A stretch of DNA of 64,000 bases from Eledone cirrhosa (lineage: Eukaryota), in contig OZ024742.1 in assembly GCA_964016885.1 (NCBI GenBank), forward strand, positions 115,196,001 to 115,260,000, written 5' to 3'. Under the pieces are notes generated by a model that saw only the letters and a list, made by a program, of their open reading frames with translations, was not told the DNA's origin and ran no database searches. This document shows, one piece after another, positions 51,519 through 63,679 of this stretch. Numbering within the stretch: the stretch's first letter is position 1; every line of letters begins with the position of its first letter. The position numbers and the translations under genes are program-made.

Positions 51519-53615
51519 TTACCGTACTTTTGGTAGAGGAGGGATGGTTTTTACATCCCTTTTCACTTGATCGTCTGGTGAAGGGACCGTTGAATCGTCC
51601 CTTCGGCTGGTCGTCGGCTCTTCTAAGAGAATGTCTGAATATACTCTTCGATTAATGGTTCCTCCTAGGTCCCTGAAATCACCAACTGCGTTGGGGAATT
51701 TCGTTTTAATGTTTGTGTATTGTTTCTGTGCTATTTTTAGCAGTCTTATGTTAGTTGGCGTTTTGATTGGTGCTGGTATTATGTAGTCCTGTTGTGAAAT
51801 GTCTGTGTGTTCAATTATGTAAGTCATTAGTTTCTTGTTGTGTGTGTTTATTGCCGTGCATTTGTTTTTCTGGGGGTGGGGTGTGGTTCTGCTATTTTCT
51901 TGTCGTTGTTGCTGGGTGTGTGTGTTTTGTTGTTGTGTTTGCGATGTTGGTGCTTGTGGTGGTGGTGTTGAAGGTGTTGTTGGCGGTGGGGTTGTCGCCG
52001 GTGGTGATGGTGGTGCTGGTGTGGGTGGTGATGGTGTTGGTGGTGTTGCTGCTGTGGGTCTCTTTGCAGTAGACTTTACCCTTTTCTCATTTCTTTCCTC
52101 CCTTTTCAAAGGCGACGATGCGCTGCTTCTGCGTTTGTGCCTTCTTGAGACCTTTTGCCATCCCTCTCCCACCTCACACTCCATGTCTGATTCTGTAAGG
52201 TCGGGGAGGGGTACCAGCTCCACTCTTTCACTTGTTGTTGTTGGTGATGTTTGCACTGGAGTCTCTGTTGCAGCTGCATTTGGTATTGCTGTTGTTGTTG
52301 TTAATATTTCCACTGCTGCTGCTGTCTTTGATTTCCGTGGAGTGGGTATGGGTGCCACGGACCTATCGTTCCTGGTTGCCGCTTGTCCTGTTGCTGGTAG
52401 CCGTGGAACCGGATTCGGGAGGAGGGGGGTTTTCTCCTTTCTCATGGTCTTCTCGTTGCAGAAGGCCCTGAGGTGAGTCTTCGATCCACAGCGAAAGCAT
52501 TTCGGGCGTTTGCCCTCAACACTTATGGGCAGTTGAGTGCCGTTATCGAAGTCTATCACATCCGGGATAGCTTCGATGCACTCCTGGTTGGTTTGGATTA
52601 GCATCTCAATGGAGGAGCCGACCCAATCTTCTCTTACTTTTTTCTGTACTTGCAGTACAGTTGTTTTGTCCTCGATTCCGACGAGGACAGACGCGGCCAG
52701 CCAAGAAGGGGTCATTCCGGGGGGGACGTGGGTCAGTTTGACCCTCACAATTTTTTGCCCGCAGTAGGAGGGCACCAACACCATTTCCTCACTCCTTAGG
52801 GTCACTACTGATTGGGCCTTTGCCTCCTGGGGTGTGGCAAAAAGTACGTCTACGGTGGCATATTTTTTGCCTCGGGTGATGTGCGTTTTCCGCTGCCACA
52901 CAGACCCCAAGGCTTTTTGTATTTGGGCCTCTGTGGCTCTTTCCACCCTACGGGATTTTGTACTTACTGTACGGTACGTGACCGTACAGTGCTCTTGGGT
53001 TTTGAAAAATTTTTCCGCTGCCTTGCAGATTGCTCGGTGTCCGTTCTTTGTCACCATCTTCTTCGCTTCCTCTAATTCCTCATTTGTTATGAGGATTGTT
53101 TCCAAGTTTTTCGCAATACCTGCAAATGAGATTGGTTTTTCTCTGCTGTTGTTGTTGTCGTCAGAGCTGCTGGTACTTTTGTTGTTGCTGCAGGTACTAC
53201 GACTACTGCCTCCGCCGCTGTTGCTGTGGTTGTTGTTGGTGTTGCTGCTGCTAATGCTGTTGTTGTTTATGCTGCTGGTGATGCTGTTGCGGCTGCTACT
53301 GTTGTTTTCATTGTCACTGTTGCTGTTGTTATTACGGCTGCTACTGCTATTATTCCTGACGTCAGACGAATGAACTGGGTTTTCGTATTTCCCGCACACC
53401 TGTTTCGTCGCTGTCGTCGTCGTCGTGGAGAAACCTTGCACGCTTTGCACGAGACTTTTCTTTTCTTTCGTCGCTTGCGAAAGAGAAGGGAGGGAGAGAG
53501 ACACATTTAAAGAAGGGAGGGAGAGAGACAATCTTCTCTCTGTTGTAGTGATGATTGAGGAAGAAGAAGACGGAATGAGTGGGAGTGACGCATGAAATTT
53601 CTTTTTCGTAGCCAT
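51519..53615 (-). CDS. ORF1: nucleic-acid-binding protein with RRM-like region and CCHC zinc knuckle (698 aa from first ATG)
   Basis: aacATGG start (MATKKK), S/N low-complexity N-terminus, SFAGIAK, CFRCGSKTHLRAFC (Cx2Cx4Hx4C), P/T-rich linker. Confidence 0.9.
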   Translation of the reverse strand: MATKKKFHASLPLIPSSSSSIITTTERRLSLSLPSLNVSLSLPSLSQATKEKKSLVQSVQGFSTTTTTATKQVCGKYENPVHSSDVRNNSSSSRNNNSNSDNENNSSSRNSITSSINNNSISSSNTNNNHSNSGGGSSRSTCSNNKSTSSSDDNNNSREKPISFAGIAKNLETILITNEELEEAKKMVTKNGHRAICKAAEKFFKTQEHCTVTYRTVSTKSRRVERATEAQIQKALGSVWQRKTHITRGKKYATVDVLFATPQEAKAQSVVTLRSEEMVLVPSYCGQKIVRVKLTHVPPGMTPSWLAASVLVGIEDKTTVLQVQKKVREDWVGSSIEMLIQTNQECIEAIPDVIDFDNGTQLPISVEGKRPKCFRCGSKTHLRAFCNEKTMRKEKTPLLPNPVPRLPATGQAATRNDRSVAPIPTPRKSKTAAAVEILTTTTAIPNAAATETPVQTSPTTTSERVELVPLPDLTESDMECEVGEGWQKVSRRHKRRSSASSPLKREERNEKRVKSTAKRPTAATPPTPSPPTPAPPSPPATTPPPTTPSTPPPQAPTSQTQQQNTHTQQQRQENSRTTPHPQKNKCTAINTHNKKLMTYIIEHTDISQQDYIIPAPIKTPTNIRLLKIAQKQYTNIKTKFPNAVGDFRDLGGTINRRVYSDILLEEPTTSRRDDSTVPSPDDQVKRDVKTIPPLPKVR

Positions 53616-53828
53616 GTTTTTTTGTTTAAAATGAAATTTTGGGTACAAAACCCCAATAACTGGTTATTCAACCCCGAAGGGCCAAATAACGGACAGAAAG
53701 ACCCCTCTCACGAGGAGGAGGGTGTCTTCATCAACAATTTGGTTCAAGTTTTAAACAATTTACAACTGTTTTAACGGTTAAAAATTACTATATCTTACAG
53801 AGCCGAGCCTCCGTCAACCATGGCATTC

Positions 53829-53872
<44 letters not shown>

Positions 53873-54132
53873 TTTCTTTATTAACCACAAGGGTTTACAT
53901 AAAGTAGACATTAAGGACAGTGCAGGACAATGCAGGACGGTACAAATGGGCATTTCTGCGTGTAAAAAAACAAAAACAGAGGATGTAACAAAAATAACAA
54001 TGAAAATAACAATGAAAAATTCCCCAATAGGGGGGAGACTTCGGAGGGACATTTGTGGAGAAAGCCCAGTAAAAAGCCACAATGACCCTGACCACCAAGG
54101 CAAGTGCCCTCTCCCAGTTTTCCACCTTTAGT

Positions 54133-57100
54133 TTACAGATATATACTCAGAGTCGGCCCATTCACTCGGGCCATTCTTGCTTCTCTCACCCATCTTTCAA
54201 CAAAATGCTGGGAAGAGAGCACTTCCTTCTCTACTCTGATTTTCCTTTTCAAATGAAATTTGAAAAAGTCAATCAGAGCATCACCGAAGAGGTAAGTGCT
54301 CGTCTTCAGCCCTTTCAAACGTGTCCACCATACTATCTCTTTCGCCATGGCCACCAGACAGATAAAAACTGCCTGCCCTTCCCGGCTAAAGGAGGAGGGC
54401 GGGGCAATCCTCACGATAGACTCAGATGATAGCTGGATCCGTCCTAAACGCGACAGCAGGTGTTCGACATAAACCCACAAGTCAGCAATTTTCGGACACT
54501 GGACGAGTGCGTGCAGGACGGTTTCGTCGCCCTGCGCGCATCTCGGACATGCCCGGCTGACGGCACCTCCATGCCTGTAGAGTTTATCCCGAACTGGCAA
54601 GGCTCCTCGGTAGCACTGCCAGGCCAGAGATTTCTGGAAGTTGTCCATAGGCCCTGGCCCGAAGGTTCTTCCGAAGAGATTGGCTAGTTGATTTTCGTCG
54701 ACGCCTAGAGTTTCCCCAAGTACGTCGTCGCTCTTCCCCTCCACTAATCCTCTATAGAACGCCTAGGTGGAGTTTCCACCGATCACATTGCCCGATTGGT
54801 CGAGGGCTGTGAGCGCCTGAAGACATTCCAGTCTCCAGGCGCTCCCTCTCGGTCTTCGCTTGACCCAGGACTGCAGCTCCGTCAAGGAAACGAGCTGGGG
54901 AAAAACGCGTCTAGCAAACGGCGACCACACCTGATCACCGTCGAGGAAGAGGTGGAGATGTCGTAGCCTGAGCGCGTGCCTGCGCATCATCAGCCACGGC
55001 ATGCCCAGCCCTCCACGTAGCGGGTGTTGACAACAGATGGACCGCCTGACCATCGGAGCACGTCCCTTCCACAAAAAGCGAAAGAGCAAACGCTCCAGCG
55101 CAGTCAGGCGAGGCTTAGGACAAGGTACGACGGTTAGGCGGTAGCAGATGACAGACGCGATGTACGCGTTAGCCACCTCCGCTCGACCTTTCAGGGATAG
55201 CTTCCTCTCCGCCCATTTCTGGGTGAGAGAAGCCACCCTGCTCGTCACCTCGTCCCAGTTTTTGTCCGTCTGGAGGTCCGGACCGAACCAGACCCCTAGC
55301 AATTTAACCGGTCCGTCCGTCCAGCGCCCGACGACGCTGTTGGACGGCATGGACCTGCCTCTCCAGGTGCCGAGCTGCAGGCCCACTGACTTTTCCTGGT
55401 TGATCATTGCTCCTGTCACCGCTTCGTATTCTCTTAGTGTAGTGCCGATCGCCTCGATGTGTTTGGCGTTCGACACCACTACGGTGACATCGTCCGCATA
55501 TGCTGACACGGATCTTCCGCATCCTAGTTCGCGCGGGACTCCCCTCAACGTCTCCAGTTTGTGCAGTAATGGCTCGAGAGTCAATACGTACAAGAGGGAC
55601 GAGAGGGGACATCCTTGGCGGACCGAGCGCATGATGTTGAACGGTTCCGACAGGTGACCGTTCACTCTCACCACAGAGCAGATGTCGCTGTGCATGGCAG
55701 CGATCCAGCCTCTGAAGACGGGCCCAAAGCCAGCCGCCCTCAGGACTGCCGCTAGGTAACGATGGTCGACCCTATCGAAAGCTTTCGACTGATCTAAATT
55801 GATCAAGGACCCACCCGTGCCAGGTTCCCTAGCTACCCTCTCTACGATGTATCGCATGAGGTGGAGGTTGTCGTGGATGGATCTGTCGGGAATGGCGCAT
55901 GTCTGCGCCTCTCCCACCAGACCACCAACGACAAGCGCCAACCTCTTTGCTAGCACCTTGGCCAAAATCTTAAACTCTGTGTTTAGCAGAGTTATGGGCC
56001 GGAAATTGTCTATGTTATCCCCCTTGTTCGGATCCTTTCTCAGCAGTGCCACCGCTCCTCGGCTCACAGAACTGGGAATTCTCCCATTCTGTTGCCAGTT
56101 GCAGTAGACATCCGCCAAGAGGCCTCCGAACAAGTCTGGCATCTGTACGTAAAGTTCATAGGGCAGACCATCCAAACCAGGCGATTTACCCCTTGTGCAG
56201 CCAGTCATTGCCTCCCGTACTTCAGCGGCTGTTATCGGCTTTTCGCAACACTTCGCCTCAGTGGCCGAGAGCCGCGGCAGTCCGTCGAGGTAGACACTAA
56301 AGTCCATCCCTCTACCCGGCCCCCCGCTGCCCCCGAACAGCTGAGCGAAGTGTCGCTGAAAAGCTTCACACATTTGCCCGGGATCGAGTAGCATGCGCCC
56401 GTCGTGGTCCACCAAAGACCGGATCGTGGCTTTGTTGCCACGACGCGCCTCCGCCACTCGGGCCCATTGAACGGCTTTCGTCCCCTCGTGTCTGAGAGCA
56501 CGCACCCTAGCTCTGACAACGCAGCCTTCGTGCTTTGCATTGAAGAATTGGTCAAGGGCCAATTTCGCCGCAAGCACGTCGGTCGCAATGCCTTTGCTAA
56601 GCGCCTCGTCTAATTTTCTAACTAGTTCTCCCTCTGCTCTATTTTTCTCTATTGCTAAAGCCTTACTAAACCTAATCGATTCTATTCTAATCGCTCTTTT
56701 CAGAGCAAACCACCACTTGTTGTTGACGATGGCCCCCGTCAACGCCCGCTTAACTAGTTCGCTAATCCGGTCTCTGTAGGCCTTGCGCGCTGGTAAGGAC
56801 GCGTTTAGCTTCCAGTAGCCGGGTCCTCGTCTATGAAGCTTATCTAAGTCAAGCACACAGGTCACGAATTTGTGGTCCGTGTAGCTGACTATCTTGAATT
56901 GTGGACAGCCTATGCTAGACCTATCTATTTCCCTACAAAATACTCTATCTAGATATGATCTGGATGACCCTATGCGGTTTGTCCAAGTCCACATTGGCAC
57001 ATTCGGGAAATCCAATCGGTACCTGTCAGACAGTTCAAAACGCCTGAGCAGGTTGGTGAGGCTCTTGCACCCTCCACCCCTATCCGCTAATCCCACACAG

Positions 57101-57552
57101 TCCCAGCGTGCATCTAAGATCCCGTTCCAGTCGCCCACTAACACTAAAGAGCGGGACGTTCCAAGAAAGGTCTCCAGACGCCGGAAGAAATCAGGCCGCC
57201 CTGCTCCTGTCGGGGCATAGACGGCCACTAGCCTGAAAGCTTGCCCGTCTCCGCTGGTCACGTCCAGCACCACCAGCTTACCCTCTGGGTCCAGGAAGAT
57301 GGCCCGTATGGCGAGATCCAAACCTCTCCGAAAAAGCACAGCAACTCCTCCACCCGATCCAGGACGGCTGGGAGATGCGTACACATCGTAGCCGCCGAAG
57401 ATCGGTGCGAAGGCCCGTGCTTCGGAGATTCTGGTCTCGCTGATGGCCACTACATCTATGTTTAGTGACCTGAGGTCGTTGAGCAGGTGACCCTGCTTCC
57501 ATGACGACCCCAAGCCACGCGCATTTATGCTGCCTATTCTGAGTGAGGTCAT
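54133..57552 (-). pseudogene. Unit 3 ORF2 with one premature stop before the zinc finger
   Basis: 929-aa and 203-aa pieces in the same frame. Confidence 0.9.
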
Positions 57553-57587
57553 GTTTAAAATAGAGTGGAAAAGATGGGAAAGACCAC

Positions 57588-59686
57588 TTACCGTACTTTT
57601 GGTAGAGGAGGGATGGTTTTTACATCCCTTTTCACTTGATCGTCTGGTGAAGGGACCGTTGAATCGTCCCTTCGGCTGGTCGTCGGCTCTTCTAAGAGAA
57701 TGTCTGAATATACTCTTCGATTAATGGTTCCTCCTAGGTCCCTGAAATCACCAACTGCGTTGGGGAATTTCGTTTTAATGTTTGTGTATTGTTTCTGTGC
57801 TATTTTTAGCAGTCTTATGTTAGTTGGCGTTTTGATTGGTGCTGGTATTATGTAGTCCTGTTGTGAAATGTCTGTGTGTTCAATTATGTAAGTCATTAGT
57901 TTCTTGTTGTGTGTGTTTATTGCCGTGCATTTGTTTTTCTGGGGGTGGGGTGTGGTTCTGCTATTTTCTTGTCGTTGTTGCTGGGTGTGTGTGTTTTGTT
58001 GTTGTGTTTGCGATGTTGGTGCTTGTGGTGGTGGTGTTGAAGGTGTTGTTGGCGGTGGGGTTGTCGCCGGTGGTGATGGTGGTGCTGGTGTGGGTGGTGA
58101 TGGTGTTGGTGGTGTTGCTGCTGTGGGTCTCTTTGCAGTAGACTTTACCCTTTTCTCATTTCTTTCCTCCCTTTTCAAAGGCGACGATGCGCTGCTTCTG
58201 CGTTTGTGCCTTCTTGAGACCTTTTGCCATCCCTCTCCCACCTCACACTCCATGTCTGATTCTGTAAGGTCGGGGAGGGGTACCAGCTCCACTCTTTCAC
58301 TTGTTGTTGTTGGTGATGTTTGCACTGGAGTCTCTGTTGCAGCTGCATTTGGTATTGCTGTTGTTGTTGTTAATATTTCCACTGCTGCTGCTGTCTTTGA
58401 TTTCCGTGGAGTGGGTATGGGTGCCACGGACCTATCGTTCCTGGTTGCCGCTTGTCCTGTTGCTGGTAGCCGTGGAACCGGATTCGGGAGGAGGGGGGTT
58501 TTCTCCTTTCTCATGGTCTTCTCGTTGCAGAAGGCCCTGAGGTGAGTCTTCGATCCACAGCGAAAGCATTTCGGGCGTTTGCCCTCAACACTTATGGGCA
58601 GTTGAGTGCCGTTATCGAAGTCTATCACATCCGGGATAGCTTCGATGCACTCCTGGTTGGTTTGGATTAGCATCTCAATGGAGGAGCCGACCCAATCTTC
58701 TCTTACTTTTTTCTGTACTTGCAGTACAGTTGTTTTGTCCTCGATTCCGACGAGGACAGACGCGGCCAGCCAAGAAGGGGTCATTCCGGGGGGGGGACGT
58801 GGGTCAGTTTGACCCTCACAATTTTTTGCCCGCAGTAGGAGGGCACCAACACCATTTCCTCACTCCTTAGGGTCACTACTGATTGGGCCTTTGCCTCCTG
58901 GGGTGTGGCAAAAAGTACGTCTACGGTGGCATATTTTTTGCCTCGGGTGATGTGCGTTTTCCGCTGCCACACAGACCCCAAGGCTTTTTGTATTTGGGCC
59001 TCTGTGGCTCTTTCCACCCTACGGGATTTTGTACTTACTGTACGGTACGTGACCGTACAGTGCTCTTGGGTTTTGAAAAATTTTTCCGCTGCCTTGCAGA
59101 TTGCTCGGTGTCCGTTCTTTGTCACCATCTTCTTCGCTTCCTCTAATTCCTCATTTGTTATGAGGATTGTTTCCAAGTTTTTCGCAATACCTGCAAATGA
59201 GATTGGTTTTTCTCTGCTGTTGTTGTTGTCGTCAGAGCTGCTGGTACTTTTGTTGTTGCTGCAGGTACTACGACTACTGCCTCCGCCGCTGTTGCTGTGG
59301 TTGTTGTTGGTGTTGCTGCTGCTAATGCTGTTGTTGTTTATGCTGCTGGTGATGCTGTTGCGGCTGCTACTGTTGTTTTCATTGTCACTGTTGCTGTTGT
59401 TATTACGGCTGCTACTGCTATTATTCCTGACGTCAGACGAATGAACTGGGTTTTCGTATTTCCCGCACACCTGTTTCGTCGCTGTCGTCGTCGTCGTGGA
59501 GAAACCTTGCACGCTTTGCACGAGACTTTTCTTTTCTTTCGTCGCTTGCGAAAGAGAAGGGAGGGAGAGAGACACATTTAAAGAAGGGAGGGAGAGAGAC
59601 AATCTTCTCTCTGTTGTAGTGATGATTGAGGAAGAAGAAGACGGAATGAGTGGGAGTGACGCATGAAATTTCTTTTTCGTAGCCAT
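57588..59686 (-). pseudogene. Unit 3 ORF1 with homopolymer frameshift
   Basis: G-run is two bases longer than in units 1 and 2; may be a sequencing error. Confidence 0.8.
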
Positions 59687-59899
59687 GTTTTTTTGTTTAA
59701 AATGAAATTTTGGGTACAAAACCCCAATAACTGGTTATTCAACCCCGAAGGGCCAAATAACGGACAGAAAGACCCCTCTCACGAGGAGGAGGGTGTCTTC
59801 ATCAACAATTTGGTTCAAGTTTTAAACAATTTACAACTGTTTTAACGGTTAAAAATTACTATATCTTACAGAGCCGAGCCTCCGTCAACCATGGCATTC

Positions 59900-59964
<65 letters not shown>

Positions 59965-60224
59965 TTTCTTTATTAACCACAAGGGTTTACATAAAGTAGA
60001 CATTAAGGACAGTGCAGGACAATGCAGGACAGTACAAATGGGCATTTCTGCGTGTAAAAAAAACAAAAACAGAGGATGTAACAAAAATAACAATGAAAAT
60101 AACAATGAAAAATTCCCCAATAGGGGGGAGACTTCGAGGGACATTTGTGGAGAAAGCCCAGTAAAAAGCCACAATGACCCTGACCACCAAGGCAAGTGCC
60201 CTCTCCCAGTTTTCCACCTTTAGT

Positions 60225-63200
60225 TTACAGATATATACTCAGAGTCGGCCCATTCACTCGGGCCATTCTTGCTTCTCTCACCCATCTTTCAACAAAATGC
60301 TGGGAAGAGAGCACTTCCTTCTCTACTCTGATTTTCCTTTTCAAATGAAATTTGAAAAAGTCAATCAGAGCATCACCGAAGAGGTAAGTGCTCGTCTTCA
60401 GCCCTTTCAAACGTGTCCACCATACTATCTCTTTCGCCATGGCCACCAGACAGATAAAAACTGCCTGCCCTTCCCGGCTAAAGGAGGAGGGCGGGGCAAT
60501 CCTCACGATAGACTCAGATGATAGCTGGATCCGTCCTAAACGCGACAGCAGGTGTTCGACATAAACCCACAAGTCAGCAATTTTCGGACACTGGACGAGT
60601 GCGTGCAGGACGGTTTCGTCGCCCTGCGCGCATCTCGGACATGCCCGGCTGACGGCACCTCCATGCCTGTAGAGTTTATCCCGAACTGGCAAGGCTCCTC
60701 GGTAGCACTGCCAGGCCAGAGATTTCTGGAAGTTGTCCATAGGCCCCGGTCCGAAAGTTCTTCCGAAGAGATTGGCTAGTTGATTTTCGTCGACGCCTAG
60801 AGTTTCCCCAAGTACGTCGTCGCTCTTCCCCTCCACTAATCCTCTATAGAACGCCGAGGTGGAGTTTCCACCGATCACATTGCCCGATTGGTCGAGGGCT
60901 GTGAGCGCCTGAAGACATTCCAGTCTCCAGGCGCTCCCTCTCGGTCTTCGCTTGACCCAGGACTGCAGCTCCGTCAAGGAAACGAGCTGGGGAAAAACGC
61001 GTCTAGCAAACGGCGACCACACCTGATCACCGTCGAGGAAGAGGTGGAGATGTCGTAGCCTGAGCGCGTGCCTGCGCATCATCAGCCACGGCATGCCCAG
61101 CCCTCCACGTAGCGGGTGTTGACAACAGATGGACCGCCTGACCATCGGAGCACGTCCCTTCCACAAAAAGCGAAAGAGCAAACGCTCCAGCGCAGTCAGG
61201 CGAGGCTTAGGACAAGGTACGACGGTTAGGCGGTAGCAGATGACAGACGCGATGTACGCGTTAGCCACCTCCGCTCGACCTTTCAGGGATAGCTTCCTCT
61301 CCGCCCATTTCTGGGTGAGAGAAGCCACCCTGCTCGTCACCTCGTCCCAGTTTTTGTCCGTCTGGAGGTCCGGACCGAACCAGACCCCTAGCAATTTAAC
61401 CGGTCCGTCCGTCCAGCGCCCGACGACGCTGTTGGACGGCATGGACCTGCCTCTCCAGGTGCCGAGCTGCAGGCCCACTGACTTTTCCTGGTTGATCATT
61501 GCTCCTGTCACCGCTTCGTATTCTCTTAGTGTAGTGCCGATCGCCTCGATGTGTTTGGCGTTCGACACCACTACGGTGACATCGTCCGCATATGCTGACA
61601 CGGATCTTCCGCATCCTAGTTCGCGCGGGACTCCCCTCAACGTCTCCAGTTTGTGCAGTAATGGCTCGAGAGTCAATACGTACAAGAGGGACGAGAGGGG
61701 ACATCCTTGGCGGACCGAGCGCATGATGTTGAACGGTTCCGACAGGTGACCGTTCACTCTCACCACAGAGCAGATGTCGCTGTGCATGGCAGCGATCCAG
61801 CCTCTGAAGACGGGCCCAAAGCCAGCCGCCCTCAGGACTGCCGCTAGGTAACGATGGTCGACCCTATCGAAAGCTTTCGACTGATCTAAATTGATCAAGG
61901 ACCCACCCGTGCCAGGTTCCCTAGCTACCCTCTCTACGATGTATCGCATGAGGTGGAGGTTGTCGTGGATGGATCTGTCGGGAATGGCGCATGTCTGCGC
62001 CTCTCCCACCAGACCACCAACGACAAGCGCCAACCTCTTTGCTAGCACCTTGGCCAAAATCTTAAACTCTGTGTTTAGCAGAGTTATGGGCCGGAAATTG
62101 TCTATGTTATCCCCCTTGTTCGGATCCTTTCTCAGCAGTGCCACCGCTCCTCGGCTCACAGAACTGGGAATTCTCCCGTTCTGTTGCCAGTTGCAGTAGA
62201 CGTCCGCCAAGAGGCCTCCGAACAAGTCTGGCATCTGTACGTAAAGTTCATAGGGCAGACCATCCAAACCAGGCGATTTACCCCTTGTGCAGCCAGTCAT
62301 TGCCTCCCGTACTTCAGCGGCTGTTATCGGCTTTTCGCAACACTTCGCCTCAGTGGCCGAGAGCCGCGGCAGTCCGTCGAGGTAGACACTAAAGTCCATC
62401 CCTCTACCCGGCCCCCCGCTGCCCCCGAACAGCTGAGCGAAGTGTCGCTGAAAAGCTTCACACATTTGCCCGGGATCGAGTAGCATGCGCCCGTCGTGGT
62501 CCACCAAAGACCGGATCGTGGCTTTGTTGCCACTACGCGCCTCCGCCACTCGGGCCCATTGAACGGCTTTCGTCCCCTCGTGTCTGAGAGCACGCACCCT
62601 AGCTCTGACAACGCAGCCTTCGTGCTTTGCATTGAAGAATTGGTCAAGGGCCAATTTCGCCGCAAGCACGTCGGTCGCAATGCCTTTGCTAAGCGCCTCG
62701 TCTAATTTTCTAACTAGTTCTCCCTCTGCTCTATTTTTCTCTATTGCTAAAGCCTTACTAAACCTAATCGATTCTATTCTAATCGCTCTTTTCAGAGCAA
62801 ACCACCACTTGTTGTTGACGATGGCCCCCGTCAACGCCCGCTTAACTAGTTCGCTAATCCGGTCTCTGTAGGCCTTGCGCGCTGGTAAGGACGCGTTTAG
62901 CTTCCAGTAGCCGGGTCCTCGTCTATGAAGCCTATCTAAGTCAAGCACACAGATCACGAATTTGTGGTCCGTGTAGCTGACTATCTTGAATTGTGGACAG
63001 CCTATGCTAGACCTATCTATTTCCCTACAAAATACTCTATCTAGATATGATCTGGATGACCCTATGCGGTTTGTCCAAGTCCACATTGGCACATTCGGGA
63101 AATCCAATCGGTACCTGTCAGACAGTTCAAAACGCCTGAGCAGGTTGGTGAGGCTCTTGCACCCTCCACCCCTATCCGCTAATCCCACACAGTCCCAGCG

Positions 63201-63644
63201 TGCATCTAAGATCCCGTTCCAGTCGCCCACTAACACTAAAGAGCGGGACGTTCCAAGAAAGGTCTCCAGACGCCGGAAGAAATCAGGCCGCCCTGCTCCT
63301 GTCGGGGCATAGACGGCCACTAGCCTGAAAGCTTGCCCGTCTCCGCTGGTCACGTCCAGCACCACCAGCTTACCCTCTGGGTCCAGGAAGATGGCCCGTA
63401 TGGCGAGATCCAAACCTCTCCGAAAAAGCACAGCAACTCCTCCACCGGATCCAGGACGGCTGGGAGATGCGTACACATCGAAGCCGCCGAAGATCGGTGC
63501 GAAGGCCCGTGCTTCGGAGATTCTGGTCTCGCTGATGGCCACTACATCTATGTTTAGTGACCTGAGGTCGTTGAGCAGGTGACCCTGCTTCCATGACGAC
63601 CCCAAGCCACGCGCATTTATGCTGCCTATTCTGAGTGAGGTCAT
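60225..63644 (-). CDS. Unit 4 ORF2 (APE-RT-zf, 1139 aa, intact)
   Basis: All EN and RT motifs intact, including YADD. Confidence 0.95.
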   Translation of the reverse strand: MTSLRIGSINARGLGSSWKQGHLLNDLRSLNIDVVAISETRISEARAFAPIFGGFDVYASPSRPGSGGGVAVLFRRGLDLAIRAIFLDPEGKLVVLDVTSGDGQAFRLVAVYAPTGAGRPDFFRRLETFLGTSRSLVLVGDWNGILDARWDCVGLADRGGGCKSLTNLLRRFELSDRYRLDFPNVPMWTWTNRIGSSRSYLDRVFCREIDRSSIGCPQFKIVSYTDHKFVICVLDLDRLHRRGPGYWKLNASLPARKAYRDRISELVKRALTGAIVNNKWWFALKRAIRIESIRFSKALAIEKNRAEGELVRKLDEALSKGIATDVLAAKLALDQFFNAKHEGCVVRARVRALRHEGTKAVQWARVAEARSGNKATIRSLVDHDGRMLLDPGQMCEAFQRHFAQLFGGSGGPGRGMDFSVYLDGLPRLSATEAKCCEKPITAAEVREAMTGCTRGKSPGLDGLPYELYVQMPDLFGGLLADVYCNWQQNGRIPSSVSRGAVALLRKDPNKGDNIDNFRPITLLNTEFKILAKVLAKRLALVVGGLVGEAQTCAIPDRSIHDNLHLMRYIVERVAREPGTGGSLINLDQSKAFDRVDHRYLAAVLRAAGFGPVFRGWIAAMHSDICSVVRVNGHLSEPFNIMRSVRQGCPLSSLLYVLTLEPLLHKLETLRGVPRELGCGRSVSAYADDVTVVVSNAKHIEAIGTTLREYEAVTGAMINQEKSVGLQLGTWRGRSMPSNSVVGRWTDGPVKLLGVWFGPDLQTDKNWDEVTSRVASLTQKWAERKLSLKGRAEVANAYIASVICYRLTVVPCPKPRLTALERLLFRFLWKGRAPMVRRSICCQHPLRGGLGMPWLMMRRHALRLRHLHLFLDGDQVWSPFARRVFPQLVSLTELQSWVKRRPRGSAWRLECLQALTALDQSGNVIGGNSTSAFYRGLVEGKSDDVLGETLGVDENQLANLFGRTFGPGPMDNFQKSLAWQCYRGALPVRDKLYRHGGAVSRACPRCAQGDETVLHALVQCPKIADLWVYVEHLLSRLGRIQLSSESIVRIAPPSSFSREGQAVFICLVAMAKEIVWWTRLKGLKTSTYLFGDALIDFFKFHLKRKIRVEKEVLSSQHFVERWVREARMARVNGPTLSIYL

Positions 63645-63679
63645 GTTTAAAATAGAGTGGAAAAGATGGGAAAGACCAC

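Larger units (their letters stand above)
47802..53828 (-). mobile_element. Tx1/L1-type LINE, array unit 2 (6027 bp, fully intact)
   Basis: Uninterrupted ORF1 and ORF2; flanked by (AAT)16 and (AAT)14. Confidence 0.97.
53871..59899 (-). mobile_element. Tx1/L1-type LINE, array unit 3 (6029 bp, two lesions)
   Basis: Near-identical to unit 2; TCG>TAG at 54763-54765; +2 G in the G-run near 58790. Confidence 0.95.

Noticed and set aside
45692-59581. Plus-strand ORFs antisense to ORF1/ORF2 (up to 213 aa) repeated in each unit
   Set aside because: Shadow frames of low-complexity or GC-rich coding sequence; recurrence just reflects unit identity.
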